A stretch of DNA of 63,367 bases, counting the filler, from Hausera hauseri (Eukaryota), in the NCBI GenBank assembly GCA_046269625.1. It is 13 parts of 13 records of this genome, joined end to end, with 100 filler letters (N's around TTAATTAATTAA, not from the genome) between each part and the next. Parts side by side here need not be neighbours in the genome. Positions count along the whole stretch, not along the records: positions 8,925 to 12,925 come from JBJURY010827639.1; positions 13,026 to 17,972 come from JBJURY010383035.1; positions 18,073 to 22,096 come from JBJURY010811421.1; positions 22,197 to 28,085 come from JBJURY010173528.1; 9 more parts are not named here. One strand, 5' to 3'. Every line of letters starts with the position of its first letter. The first letter of the stretch is position 1. The translations under genes and the position numbers were made by a program. Of this stretch, positions 12,380 through 23,057 are shown piece by piece. A model generated the notes under the pieces. That model ran no database searches and had not been told where the DNA came from. It saw nothing but the letters and a program-made list of their open reading frames with translations.

Positions 12380-12925
12380 CTTCAAGAAAAATTCAAGAAC
12401 TTCAATTCTTTTAACCAAATTAGTAAGAGGAGAACAATATACTTTGAAACTGATTCTTCCTGGTCTTAGTATAGCTGGATCAATAAGATATAGTCGGTTT
12501 GAACAAGCTATTATGAAAATTGTCGACTGTTTTAAACTTGAAATACCGTCGCTTTCAGTTAGTAACTGAGTCACTACCCTATCCGTACACCCGTACTGTC
12601 ATGGCCACGTATAGGAGCAGGTGCTTCAAATTCATCAAAGAAGAACAGAATCGGTTGAATACTTCTGGAAAACTCAAAGAATTTTCTAACTTCCTCTTCA
12701 CTTGATACAATATATTTATTTAGTAACTCTGGACCCTTTGTTAATTTAAAATTCATTTTAACTTCATTGGCCAAGGAAACTGCAAGATGACTTTTACCGC
12801 AACCTGGAAGGCCAAAAAGAAAAAGACCTTGGTGTGGCTTAGTCGGACACTTGGAAAATAATAATTGATACCTTAACGACCAGATAAAGAGTTCATGGAG
12901 TTTGGTTTTGGCGTCGTCTAAGCCA
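12380..12925 (-). pseudogene. PEX1: Peroxin-1 AAA ATPase D2 domain, frameshifted and truncated
   Basis: GLPGCGKS Walker A, KGPELLNKYI, FFDEFE Walker B, RGHDSTGV/TDRVVTQLLT (PEX1-typical; restored by adding 1 nt near 12587), DPAILRPGR. Confidence 0.82.
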
Positions 12926-13026
12926 NNNNNNNNNNNNNNNNNNNNNNNNNNNNNNNNNNNNNNNNNNNNTTAATTAATTAANNNNNNNNNNNNNNNNNNN
13001 NNNNNNNNNNNNNNNNNNNNNNNNNA

Positions 13027-13131
13027 TAATAATTAATTATGTCATGTGGTTGCAACTGTTCATTTTAATTTTTGGGTGAATTATCGTTATGGATATTTGC
13101 ATTTTTCAACATTTCCTCATTCGATTTATTT
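13027..13131 (+). repeat. Left arm of a 105-bp inverted repeat bounding contig 4
   Basis: Reverse complement of 17867-17971 with one mismatch. Confidence 0.95.
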
Positions 13132-14929
13132 CATTATTTTTTGTAAAACCTGTTGTTGTTATTGTTTTTACAAATTAACGACAATAGCATAATCCTGGAT
13201 TATTCGATAAGTAGCAACATCTATCATGTCTAAATTATTAATTCAAATCGAATGAAACGTTGACGAATTTGTTGTCATTTGTATAACTTGATTCATTAAT
13301 TTGAAATAAACAAATCATTTCAGTTTTGCAATATTGATGCATATTTGGTTTATATTTTGTTTTAATTGACTGCATGTTTGTGTTTTACTATACTTGTATA
13401 ACACAACATTCACACATTGCATGTTTGTAAAGTCATTTGATAGGTGGAAGTAAATCAGGGAATTGTCCATCGAAAATTTATCAACATACAAAATACTTAG
13501 CATTTGTCTTTTATGTGCCTTTGTAGATTTGATGAAAAATGCAACTGTTATATTTTGGTGGCCCTTAAACAACATCCAACTATGTTAATCGTCGTTTTAC
13601 TGATTAATTTGGGTTTTTGTTGGAAAGGACTGTCGTTCTCGATCAGTCGTTTGTGTCTATTAGAATATTTAAAATTGTTGGCACTGAATGTAGAACGAAT
13701 GCGTGCGGTAAAACTGATCTTTCTCTTACCTATAGAATTTAAATCGATTTTGTCTAGCGTACCTCTAACCTCCCTTAAAGGGCGGTGGGAAACTATAAGA
13801 ATTTATACTGAAAATTTTACTCAAATAAAAAATACTTTCGACATAGTGTCGAACAATTATAAAAGTTTTTACAATTCGATTTAGGAATAAATTCATCAGA
13901 CAAAAATATCTTTCTCTAAATAATCTTCCGTTTTCGTCTTAGGTCCTGTTTACCACTGCTCTACTAGTCAACACTGGTCTGCTTATATATACTTCGGAAT
14001 TGGTGGGCATTGTTGACTATTAATTTTATTACGATCGTCTTGAGTTTATTTTTGATATTTAAAAATTCTTTGGAAATTAATTCAGCGATTTCAATTTGTA
14101 ATTTTGCGTTTATTCTCTGTCCTTGAAGTTGATTGAAGTCTTCTGTCAATTTAATAAATCTTCGCTCGGCAACGTTTCGTTTAGTTTCTTCAATTACAAG
14201 TAACCTTTTATCAACTAAGTTATCTAGATCGTCCGTCACACACAAAACTTCCAAAATTCGTGAGATCCAACAATCGAAGATCCGCACAATTGAATCAACC
14301 ACGTCACTACCGATGTGTGAACTATTATATTTATTTTTTTAATTTTGTTTATTTTAAATTCGATGAAAAGGCAAATAAGATAGAACAAGATGGACTCAAA
14401 TTAATTAAAAATACACAAAAATAAATTATTATGACAACTGAAATAAACAACAACTGGTAACCAATTAATTATCATTTGTTCCTTCACCAAATCGAGACGT
14501 ATTTGATGATCGGAATATTCGTAGAAAAATAAAACTTTCAGCAAAAGTGAAACTGAGGAATTTATTACGAATAAAATGTTGATGTTTTTGTCTAATATAA
14601 ATTGTGTTGACTAGTTACATGATGCGAATTGTATAACTCGCAAAAAAATATAAATACAAAAATAAAATTAATCATTATGAGAAAAAAAGGAATAAATTAA
14701 TCTCGAACATTATCACATCACGAATAACAAAGATAATTATTCATGAATTAATTCTTGTATTGTTAACAAGAAAGTCACGGTTATCTCTCGAATCAGATTG
14801 AAATACCACATCACATGGTTTCATTATAAAACTACAAAATGAACTACTAGTAGGTCTTTTTGGAAAAAATTACGTTTTTCAAGAAATTTTCCCTTTTGGA
14901 GAATAGAAGAAATGCATAATTCCAAGTGT

Positions 14930-15260
14930 TTATATTATATGCAAATATAAGTGAATAATGTTGTGGAACACAATCACACAGTGTCCTTGATTGTCAATAA
15001 CATTGCGTATGTGAATTTGTAACTTATCTACTTGTTCCATTATTTCCGGGGTGAGAATTCTTAATACATTATTCAAGTAATCACTTAGATCATCGGCTGT
15101 GTCAAATATCACGCGAGAACGTTTCATATCCAATTTAGCGAAAATAAATCGGTCCAAAGTATGAACGTCTGGTGAGTATACTGGTTGGTGTAGAATGTGA
15201 CAACTCTTTCATTGACGAAATTCTGTAGTGTGACGTGAGCTGTCGAAATTTCCATTATAC
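14930..15260 (-). mobile_element. Tc1/mariner transposase C-terminal fragment
   Basis: HQPVYSPDVHTLDRFIFAKL matches the mariner PPYSPDLxPxDxxLF motif. Confidence 0.7.
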
Positions 15261-15789
15261 TACGATAAGAAGCAAATGAGTAAATTATATTTGAAATATG
15301 GAGCCAACAACACGAAACAAATAACTAATCATAACTAATCATGATTTTTAAACATTCTTATTTTAATTCATTTAAACAATGTTATTTCTTCTATATTGCC
15401 GCTTGAATAAATTTAATTATGCCATTAGCAAACATTAACTATCAGATATTTTTGCAACATTTTTTGAAACATGAAATGTTTTCCGAAAAGACCGAATAAT
15501 TATCGTCTATTATCAATGTAAATCAGCCACCTCTTGTAGTCGTTTCACAAAAACTCTAATTTGTAAAAGATGATTGATCTAGATTGTTTGTTCAGATAAC
15601 TGCAGATTATCGATGTAGATGAGAGGAATTTTGATTTCAGATTCGGCGGATTACATAATGTTAAAATGTTCCTATCTGTAATAAATTGTACACACCTTAT
15701 GGTGCCATACTCGACCATTGTGAGTTGCGTTTAGTGACACCGTTATAAAAATTTGGCACCGAGGAGGAATTTCGTGTATTTTCATTTTG

Positions 15790-16345
15790 AAGTCCATGAT
15801 AATTCCTGCATGTTTGGGTACGAATTTGTCACAAGGAATAACATCCAACAAATCTTTAGCTAAATTGTTTGAACTTTATCGGTGCACAAAATTATCCTCC
15901 TATCGCTTGGGGTCGTTAGCAATTTATTAATTTTGGCAGTTTTCGTCAGAAATGCCTCGCTGAGAAACAGTGACTCAACAACGACAATGTCAAATTGATT
16001 GATCAAATTATTTGGAACTTCTGTTGGAAATTTGTAATCATATTTCACAAATCCATCGCATTTGTTAAATCAATTGTCATATTCAAGTAAAGTCGAACGA
16101 ACACAAACCACTTTTGATAATTCAGTTTTTATGGATATTACTTCCTTTCCCAATTTAATTCCCAATTTAATTCCCAATTTAATACTTTTCCCAATTGTTT
16201 CATCATCATACCAAAATTGTGACAAATGCTAATCTTCCTTTATTTGTTTATTACCGGAATCATCATATACCTCAGTGCCAAGTGATTCTTGGATAAATTC
16301 AGTTAGAGCTTTCAAAGTTTCTGGACTCAAATACAAATTACCATA
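15790..16345 (-). pseudogene. EEF1AKMT1: eEF1A lysine methyltransferase 1 (N6AMT2) pseudogene
   Basis: KED*HLSQFWYDDET; YDYKFPTEVP..FDIVVVESLFLSEAFLTKTA..RIILCT; CDKFVPKH; DPPF motif degraded; stops, frameshifts and a 12-bp triplication at 16147-16182. Confidence 0.8.
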
Positions 16346-17866
16346 ATTAAAAATCATTCTGAATTCTTTAAATCAAAAGTTCAAATGAGGTCAAACTTGT
16401 TTATTAAATTTTAAAAAATGTACATAAATTAAATTTTTTGTCACAGTCAAACAAAACGTCCATTTTATTTGGGCAAATAAACACAAAAGAACAAACAGCG
16501 GGCAAATCGACTATATAGCGAACTCCGCACTTGTTCACTATTGCACCAACATGACAAAATGACAAATATAAAAATATCACGGCAACGTTTCATGGCCAAT
16601 AAATTTTTAACAAATATGTATAATTAATGATTTGTAATGTGCAGCTTTCATGGACAAGTGATTTTTTAAAGAATAGGCAATCGTTGAAATAATGGTATTA
16701 TATGCGGAATTTCATCAACAGTGCCGATTAGATCTTTAACCCATTCATGTATTTCAACACACTGCGTATCAAATTCTGTTCGATATCTCTTCGATGTCAC
16801 TGTTGGCCGATCTACAAGCTCGGGTTTTATTACAAAGACCTGTAAATAATTAAATTGTTTTGGTTCGGCAACATAATCCGACATAGATCACATTGGCATC
16901 TGTCGTGTTGGAATCCGAAAGAATCACGATGCAATCAATGTACTTCTTTACATGATTAAAAACTTATTTGATGACACTTCATCTTTGTCAATCTGTTTTC
17001 TCAGTGGAATTTCTTTGTAATCAGTAAGATAGGACTGAGAATGGAGTTGTTTCAGAATCGATTGGAGTTGTTTCATCTTCGATTCGCTAATGAAGTACAA
17101 GTAGGCCAATTCGATGTCGAGTGAGGTTTAATGAAATTTGAATTTGTAATTTTTTAGGAAAAAAGTAATAGATAACACTTTTGAGTATCTACTCAAGTCA
17201 TGCACGGTTCAAATACTGTTTATGTATTAAGCATGTAACATCTCATTTTGACTTTGTCTATATTTGCTCTGACAAATATCTTTAAGCAAGGTTCTGATCT
17301 GAAACTTTTTCTCGAAATTTGCAAATGCTATTTACAATACCAGTAATGTGACTTGGATCCAATGCTTCTACAACGTTTTCAATGGTTACACCATCATGTA
17401 CATGTGCGTCAAACTGTGAAATACGCTCTTGTAGCGTGACTGGTCGGCTGCCAATCGAGCAAAGACCAAAAGGCGAAGGCCGAGGCAGAAAACACGCCGA
17501 TCTAGCAGTGTGGAGTGCCAAGTTTAAAACCGAAATCGTGTCGACACCTGCAAACGCGCCACTACAATCGACATCGAATTTTCATTCATTTCTTCATTAT
17601 TGTATGAGATGAAATTGAACTGTTTCACACAAATGATAATTAATCTCTAGCAAGCCTTTTCCAAAATTTAAGTCATGATTTGAAAATTCAAACTGAATGT
17701 TACTGCACAATAATTTTCGTTCGTTTCATATTTTACAGTACGTCCACGATGTGATATTTGAATTTAATTAATTGGTATTTCTACAGTTCATCAAAATCTT
17801 GACATTTTAAATGCACAATTTGAAGAAACAACAATTATTCATAAAATAGTTAATTAATTAATCATA

Positions 17867-17971
17867 AAATAAATCGAATGAGGAAATGTTGAAAAATGGA
17901 AATATCCATAACGATAATTCACCCAAAAATTAAAATGAACAGTTGCAACCACATGACATAATTAATTATTA
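17867..17971 (-). repeat. Right arm of the 105-bp inverted repeat bounding contig 4
   Basis: Reverse complement of 13027-13131. Confidence 0.95.
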
Positions 17972-18344
17972 CNNNNNNNNNNNNNNNNNNNNNNNNNNNN
18001 NNNNNNNNNNNNNNNNTTAATTAATTAANNNNNNNNNNNNNNNNNNNNNNNNNNNNNNNNNNNNNNNNNNNNGTACATTGGATTTCCCTTTGAAGACAAA
18101 AGGTTTTTCTCCTAGTTGATTTTTTTTTTCTTCAAACCTATTACTGTTACATGCACTTTTCTTGTTACTGATCTATGAGGCTTATTTTAGTTTCCCGTAC
18201 TATATTTTAAAATAAAAAAACACTTCAGGAGATTCTTATTATTCGAATTAATCTAAATATGAACGAATACTTCACACCAGAAACACAAAGAAAGCCAGAT
18301 TTTACAAAACAGACCTCCACATGTCACAAATGGCAACAAAACAC

Positions 18345-19406
18345 AGATGATTCTTTCCAGCACCTTGCCATACACATTCTGTAGGTTGATGATACGATAA
18401 CCTTTAATATTTGTGGCTTTTTTGCCAGGTTTTACCAAAGGGAACAGCTAGCTGTGTAGCTATTCCTCTGGTATACTACCTGTCTTCAGACTCTTATTTA
18501 AGTCTTCTGTAATCTTGATTACTAGGTCATCTTCATTGTCTTTTAGTAGACTATATCGTATTCCATCAGGTTCTGGTGTGCCATCAGATGCCCGGCGGAT
18601 GGCATATTCAATATCCTCCATGTCTACCAGATCTTCTGTTACATACATTGTTCCTATAGTTGTTGTTAATGTTGCAACTACTGTCATGCGTTGAGCTATG
18701 TCATCTTGACTGGTCTGCTGGAGGTACCTATCGAAAAAGGCCTTTCCTTTCTGGTCATCGTTTATGTCTACATAGGGCTTGGTGCTGTTTTTCCGGTTCA
18801 TTGCTTTGTGCAGTTTCCAGAATTTGTGTGAAGCCCTGCCGGCTGTCACCTTTTCTGTAAATTTCGTCCAGCTTTGCTTCTTGGCTTCCCTAGCCATTTG
18901 TTTGAAGTCCTTGATAGCTCTTTTCATTCTGCTCTCTGACTTGTTTATTCTCTCTCCTGAGGCTCGTACTTGTCTTCGCTCACGCTGCCAGACTTTAGTA
19001 GTTTATTTCTTTAACACCCATGCTGCTTCGACTTCTTTAGTCCACCACGGGGGTTGACTGATGTTGGGTCGTATCGTTTTTCTGTCCCAAGCTTTCCGTC
19101 TCAACTGTCCAAGCGCTGAGTCATCGGTGCATGGATATCTAAAGGCATGCTGTATCTTAGTTCGTCTGCTGGGCTGGCTTTTTGTGATGGTTTCCGAGCA
19201 TGGCAAATGATCGCTGCCATGGTATGTTAATCCTCCCATCGGGTGTCAAAAGCGCATTGACAGGAGACTAATGCAAAAGGTCGATGTTTGAATCAGAGTC
19301 ATTATCTCTTGTAGACATTCGAGTCATATTTTCGCAGTTAAGGACTGTGAGTCCCGCCTCAAGAAGACACGAGCCTAAGACCTGCCCCTGTGGGTCGTTG
19401 TTCGTG
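18345..19406 (-). mobile_element. Non-LTR retrotransposon (LINE) fragment: APE endonuclease end, linker, RT start
   Basis: HGSDHLP, PPWWTKEV, TPEPDGIRY, KPGK..KGYRIINLQNVYGKVLERII; ends abruptly at the Polinton terminus at 19407. Confidence 0.85.
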
Positions 19407-19456
19407 AGTAGTATAAATTGCAAAAAACGGGGCCGAATTTCAGGGGTCGTATAGAG

Positions 19457-20168
19457 GGAGCATAGAAAAATACCTGGAGCAAGGCTGGAGCAATGATGTC
19501 ATATCCGGCAATGACGTCTTATCCGGCTATTAAGTTGACGTAAGACGATGTAAGATTGTGTAAGGAATTATATATTTGTATGTTTTTGTTATGTAATTGT
19601 TACGAAATATTTGATTAGGGAAGCTGGAACAATGACGTCATTGCTCCAGTCGATTAAGGTGAGACAACTCTTTGGAATTTTTTTGTAAGTGGAGCATAGA
19701 AAAAACCTGGAGCAGGATTGGAGCAAGATGGCGTCGGCTAAACGGGAACAACTTTTGGTAAAATTTTTAGTAAGGGGCATACAATTTACATAGAAATTTT
19801 TGTAAGGGAGAAATAATTGAGGCTAGAGCAATGACGTCATTGGTCCGGTATGTTAAAGGGAGACAATTCTTTGTATATTTTAGGTAATTATGTAATTGTG
19901 TTGACGGCGTCAGCTTCCATGCCGAGTCATCCGCATAGTCGGGGCCTCCAAACACCGGGTCACTGGCCACTGGATCATTCGCCAAGGTCATTTGCACAGA
20001 CTTCCCCGTGTTACAAAATTGTTCTCGAGACATGTTCAGACTTGTCTTTGGGGAATGATAAGGTTATCCTCCGATGACTAATGGGTTTTTCCTTAGCTTT
20101 TTTGTTCTAGAGACATGTCTAGACTTGTTAAGAGGTCGGAGTTTTCCGAAACATGTCCAGACTTGTTA
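19457..20168 (+). promoter_or_regulatory. Polinton terminal regulatory region: CRE palindromes, YY1-like motif, three p53-consensus elements
   Basis: TGACGTCA at 19633 and 19832; CAAGATGGCG near 19724; tandem RRRCWWGYYY pairs at 20028-20047, 20111-20130 and 20149-20168; about 35-bp direct repeat at 19457 and 19691. Confidence 0.55.
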
Positions 20169-20244
20169 AAAGGGTGTCACATTATCCATTCATTTTACCC
20201 AGAATATTAGGCAGGAATATTGTGACAACACTTCATTAACAGGA

Positions 20245-20853
20245 ATGGATCCGAGGTGGAAGCATCCATTTACTGCTCTTGTAGCGGGACCGACCGGGAG
20301 TGGCAAAACCGTATTTGTGTGCGAAACTCTGACTCATCTTCCGGACATGGTCGTACCCATACCTGGGGGAAAATATATGGTGTTACGGTGAGTGGCAATG
20401 TACGAAAACATGACCGGTATCCAATTTAAAAAAAGTTCTTCCCGATATGGAACAATGGCAAGGGAACAGGAAACGCTTAGACTGACGAGCTGATGGCCGA
20501 AACCGACGACAGAGTCACAAAATTATTTACGAAGGGTAGTCACCACTGGAATCTCAGTGCCGTGTATATTGTCGAACATTTATTTCGGAAAAATAAGGAA
20601 CAACGTACCATAAGTCTAAATTCCCATTACTTTGTTCTTTTCACAAACCCCTGGGATACTTCGCAGATTACAAACTTGGCCAAACAAATGTACATGGGTC
20701 GAGTTTCATATTTACAAGAAAGCTTTAAAGACGTGACATCAAAACCGCATGGTTATTTGTTACTCGATCTTTAACAGGAAACCCCAGACCATTTGCAGTT
20801 AAGAAGCACTATTTTTACTCACTAACATTAAATTGTTTACGTCCCGAAATTAA
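20245..20853 (+). pseudogene. Polinton packaging ATPase
   Basis: MDPRWKHPFTALVAGPTGSGKT; DELM..LFTKGSHHWNLS..QRTISLNSHYFVLF.NP.D..QI..LAKQMY..PHGYLLLDL; frameshifts. Confidence 0.92.
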
Positions 20854-21195
20854 ATGGCAGAAAAAATGAAATGGCATGGTGAAATGTTAAAAGGTTTGGC
20901 CCGAGCCAATCCGACCACTGTGAAAACAGTTATGAAAATTGCTATGCCGACTCTTATTTGCGCTCGTTGTGAATGTTGCCATAATATATTAAAAGGTAAT
21001 GTTCCACTCACCCGAGGTCATAAGAATTGTTTGCGTCAGTATAAAAACAACCTGCGAGTTCTCACTAAAAAGAAAGCGTCAATCAAAAAACGGAAACAAA
21101 TCCTTCAACAATGTGGATTCATTTGCGCTTTATTGGGTCCTATAGTGAACGTGCTGAAAGGCGTGCTGGGGCTTTTTAAAAAACCATGGCCATAA
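20854..21195 (+). CDS. Small basic conserved Polinton protein
   Basis: CECCHNILKGNVPLT...KKRKQILQQCGFICALLGP, typical of the small gene that follows the ATPase in animal Mavericks. Confidence 0.75.
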   Translation: MAEKMKWHGEMLKGLARANPTTVKTVMKIAMPTLICARCECCHNILKGNVPLTRGHKNCLRQYKNNLRVLTKKKASIKKRKQILQQCGFICALLGPIVNVLKGVLGLFKKPWP

Positions 21196-21285
21196 ATAAT
21201 AATTTTGATAGACCCAAGGTTGTTATATAATCAAAAACCATATATAGCGCCCGACGCCGTTAGCGATAATTTGTGAGATTTAGAT

Positions 21286-21665
21286 GTTGTTGTTGTTGTT
21301 GATGATCTCCCCATCGTCGATCGTGAGCCCTTTGTGATGGGCCCTGAGTAAGGACCGTAGTCCTGAAAAGGACTACAGGAGTGGTTTTGTGAAAGCTTTG
21401 ACGCATCCCGGTCCCCATATTGGAGCATGGGTCCCAATTTAACGGAGATTTGCAGAGTTCACCTTCAGTCCCGGGGTGATGATGTTGGCTTGACAGTCTC
21501 CATCACGCTCCACTACTGCAAGGGACCAGGTCGATCCTCCCACCGTCGGCCAGAATTTTTTCTGTTTCCACGGCACACTGCGAGGAAGTGGTGAGAGGTC
21601 TTGGCTAGTGTGTTAATCCTGACACTGACAAGAGGGCCACGAAGGGGGCCTTGTCTCGGTGCCCC
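21286..21665 (-). mobile_element. 5'-truncated retroposon (LINE 3' end or SINE) with an (AAC)n tail and 13-bp target-site duplication, nested in the Polinton
   Basis: GTGAGATTTAGAT at 21273-21285 and 21666-21678; (GTT)5 at the left end; GC-rich relative to its flanks. Confidence 0.85.
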
Positions 21666-22196
21666 GTGAGATTTAGATAGGCAGATGCAATAAGTTTTTG
21701 AAAGGGAATATTTACACCACGATAAAGCCAGACAATATCTACAAACTTTACAACATTATTGGAACAGACTCGAGCAGCGCAGACAAAAAAACTCTAGGTT
21801 AGTTGACATAAAACGCCTCAAGAAACTCTTCCAGTGTTACAGCCTGTACTTAAACAAGAAGAAGCTGTAGATAACACACCTCAATCGCCTGTTAACAAAC
21901 TTCCTCGGTTGTGCCCCCTCCATTACTAAAAGGAGGTCAGGAATACCAGTGTCTCGTAGAAACGACATACAGAAACAAATACGCCAAACTGAGAATCATG
22001 GTCAGACAAATAAATGCGATTTTACGAAAACATTAGTACGATCCGAAACGACAAGGGGCATTTACGGGCGCCGTGGCTTTACAACGAGCAATAAAANNNN
22101 NNNNNNNNNNNNNNNNNNNNNNNNNNNNNNNNNNNNNNNNTTAATTAATTAANNNNNNNNNNNNNNNNNNNNNNNNNNNNNNNNNNNNNNNNNNNN

Positions 22197-22952
22197 CGAC
22201 TTATACCATTAAATGCTTCTATTCCTATTCCGGAATATTGTTTTCTGGTTAGACACAAATCCACGACGTGCTGTGTAATACAAGCAGGACAAAAGTATCA
22301 GTTGCAATTCGATTTGTATAATACGCACCCCAGAGAGCCAAGCACTTATTTGCGTGGATTTCGCCCGAGAACTGTAATATGGGAGCTTCCTTTTCCGACC
22401 ACTACAAGTAGACTATCTACAATTCCAAGCACAACTCTCCTTATTTCGATCGTCACTTCGGACGAAAAGCCCGGAAGCATGCCAATTAAGATTTTGGCAA
22501 AAAGCGATAAAATTGTATTTTACGCGGAAGAGACACTTCTTCGAGACGTCAAGATCAAATGTCGTACTTTGCACACCAACCAAGTCGTGATCCTGAAAAA
22601 GAATAGTCAAGAAGCTGAATGTAGGTCACTACGACCGCAATATGACTATATAATCAGAATTACCGCAAAGGGTAAGAATCTTAAAACTTTTACAGTACGA
22701 ACTCTTGGCAATAGAGTTGAAGTAATACCATATAAAGATATCAGTACTCAAAATGTGTTCACCACGGAAAGTTCTATTGAGCCGAGTAATCTACCGATAA
22801 TAACTATATTCAGTTTGTTAATTTTCGTTCTTGTCATGGTAACAGCGGTGATTTTTCTAGTTTCCAAAAATTGTAGTAAGCGCTGTAAAAATCAAGAGGG
22901 AGATAAACGGGTAAAAGGGTACCGAGACGGACCTTATGATAGCATAACTTGA
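22197..22952 (+). CDS. Single-pass membrane protein with an FN3-like domain (5'-truncated); putative retroelement accessory gene
   Basis: Open frame runs to the contig edge; CRSLRPQYDYIIRITAK..FTVRTL is FN3-like; TM LPIITIFSLLIFVLVMVTAVIFLV; short basic tail ending YDSIT. Confidence 0.6.
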   Translation, partial: RLIPLNASIPIPEYCFLVRHKSTTCCVIQAGQKYQLQFDLYNTHPREPSTYLRGFRPRTVIWELPFPTTTSRLSTIPSTTLLISIVTSDEKPGSMPIKILAKSDKIVFYAEETLLRDVKIKCRTLHTNQVVILKKNSQEAECRSLRPQYDYIIRITAKGKNLKTFTVRTLGNRVEVIPYKDISTQNVFTTESSIEPSNLPIITIFSLLIFVLVMVTAVIFLVSKNCSKRCKNQEGDKRVKGYRDGPYDSIT

Positions 22953-23057
22953 CAGCTACAGGTCGGGTTATCCCATCATCAGACAGAGAAAATGTTTTGT
23001 TTCAAAACGATGATCTGTCTTAGGATTAATCTTTATTTTTATTTCAGCAAAGTAAGT

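Larger units (their letters stand above)
19407..22096 (+). mobile_element. Polinton/Maverick left end (AGTAGT terminus, non-coding terminal region, ATPase, small basic protein, decayed ORF, integrase start)
   Basis: AGTAGT at 19407, where LINE homology stops; hallmark genes follow; YDPKRQGAFTGAVAL (integrase N-terminus-like) near 22035-22090. Confidence 0.85.
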
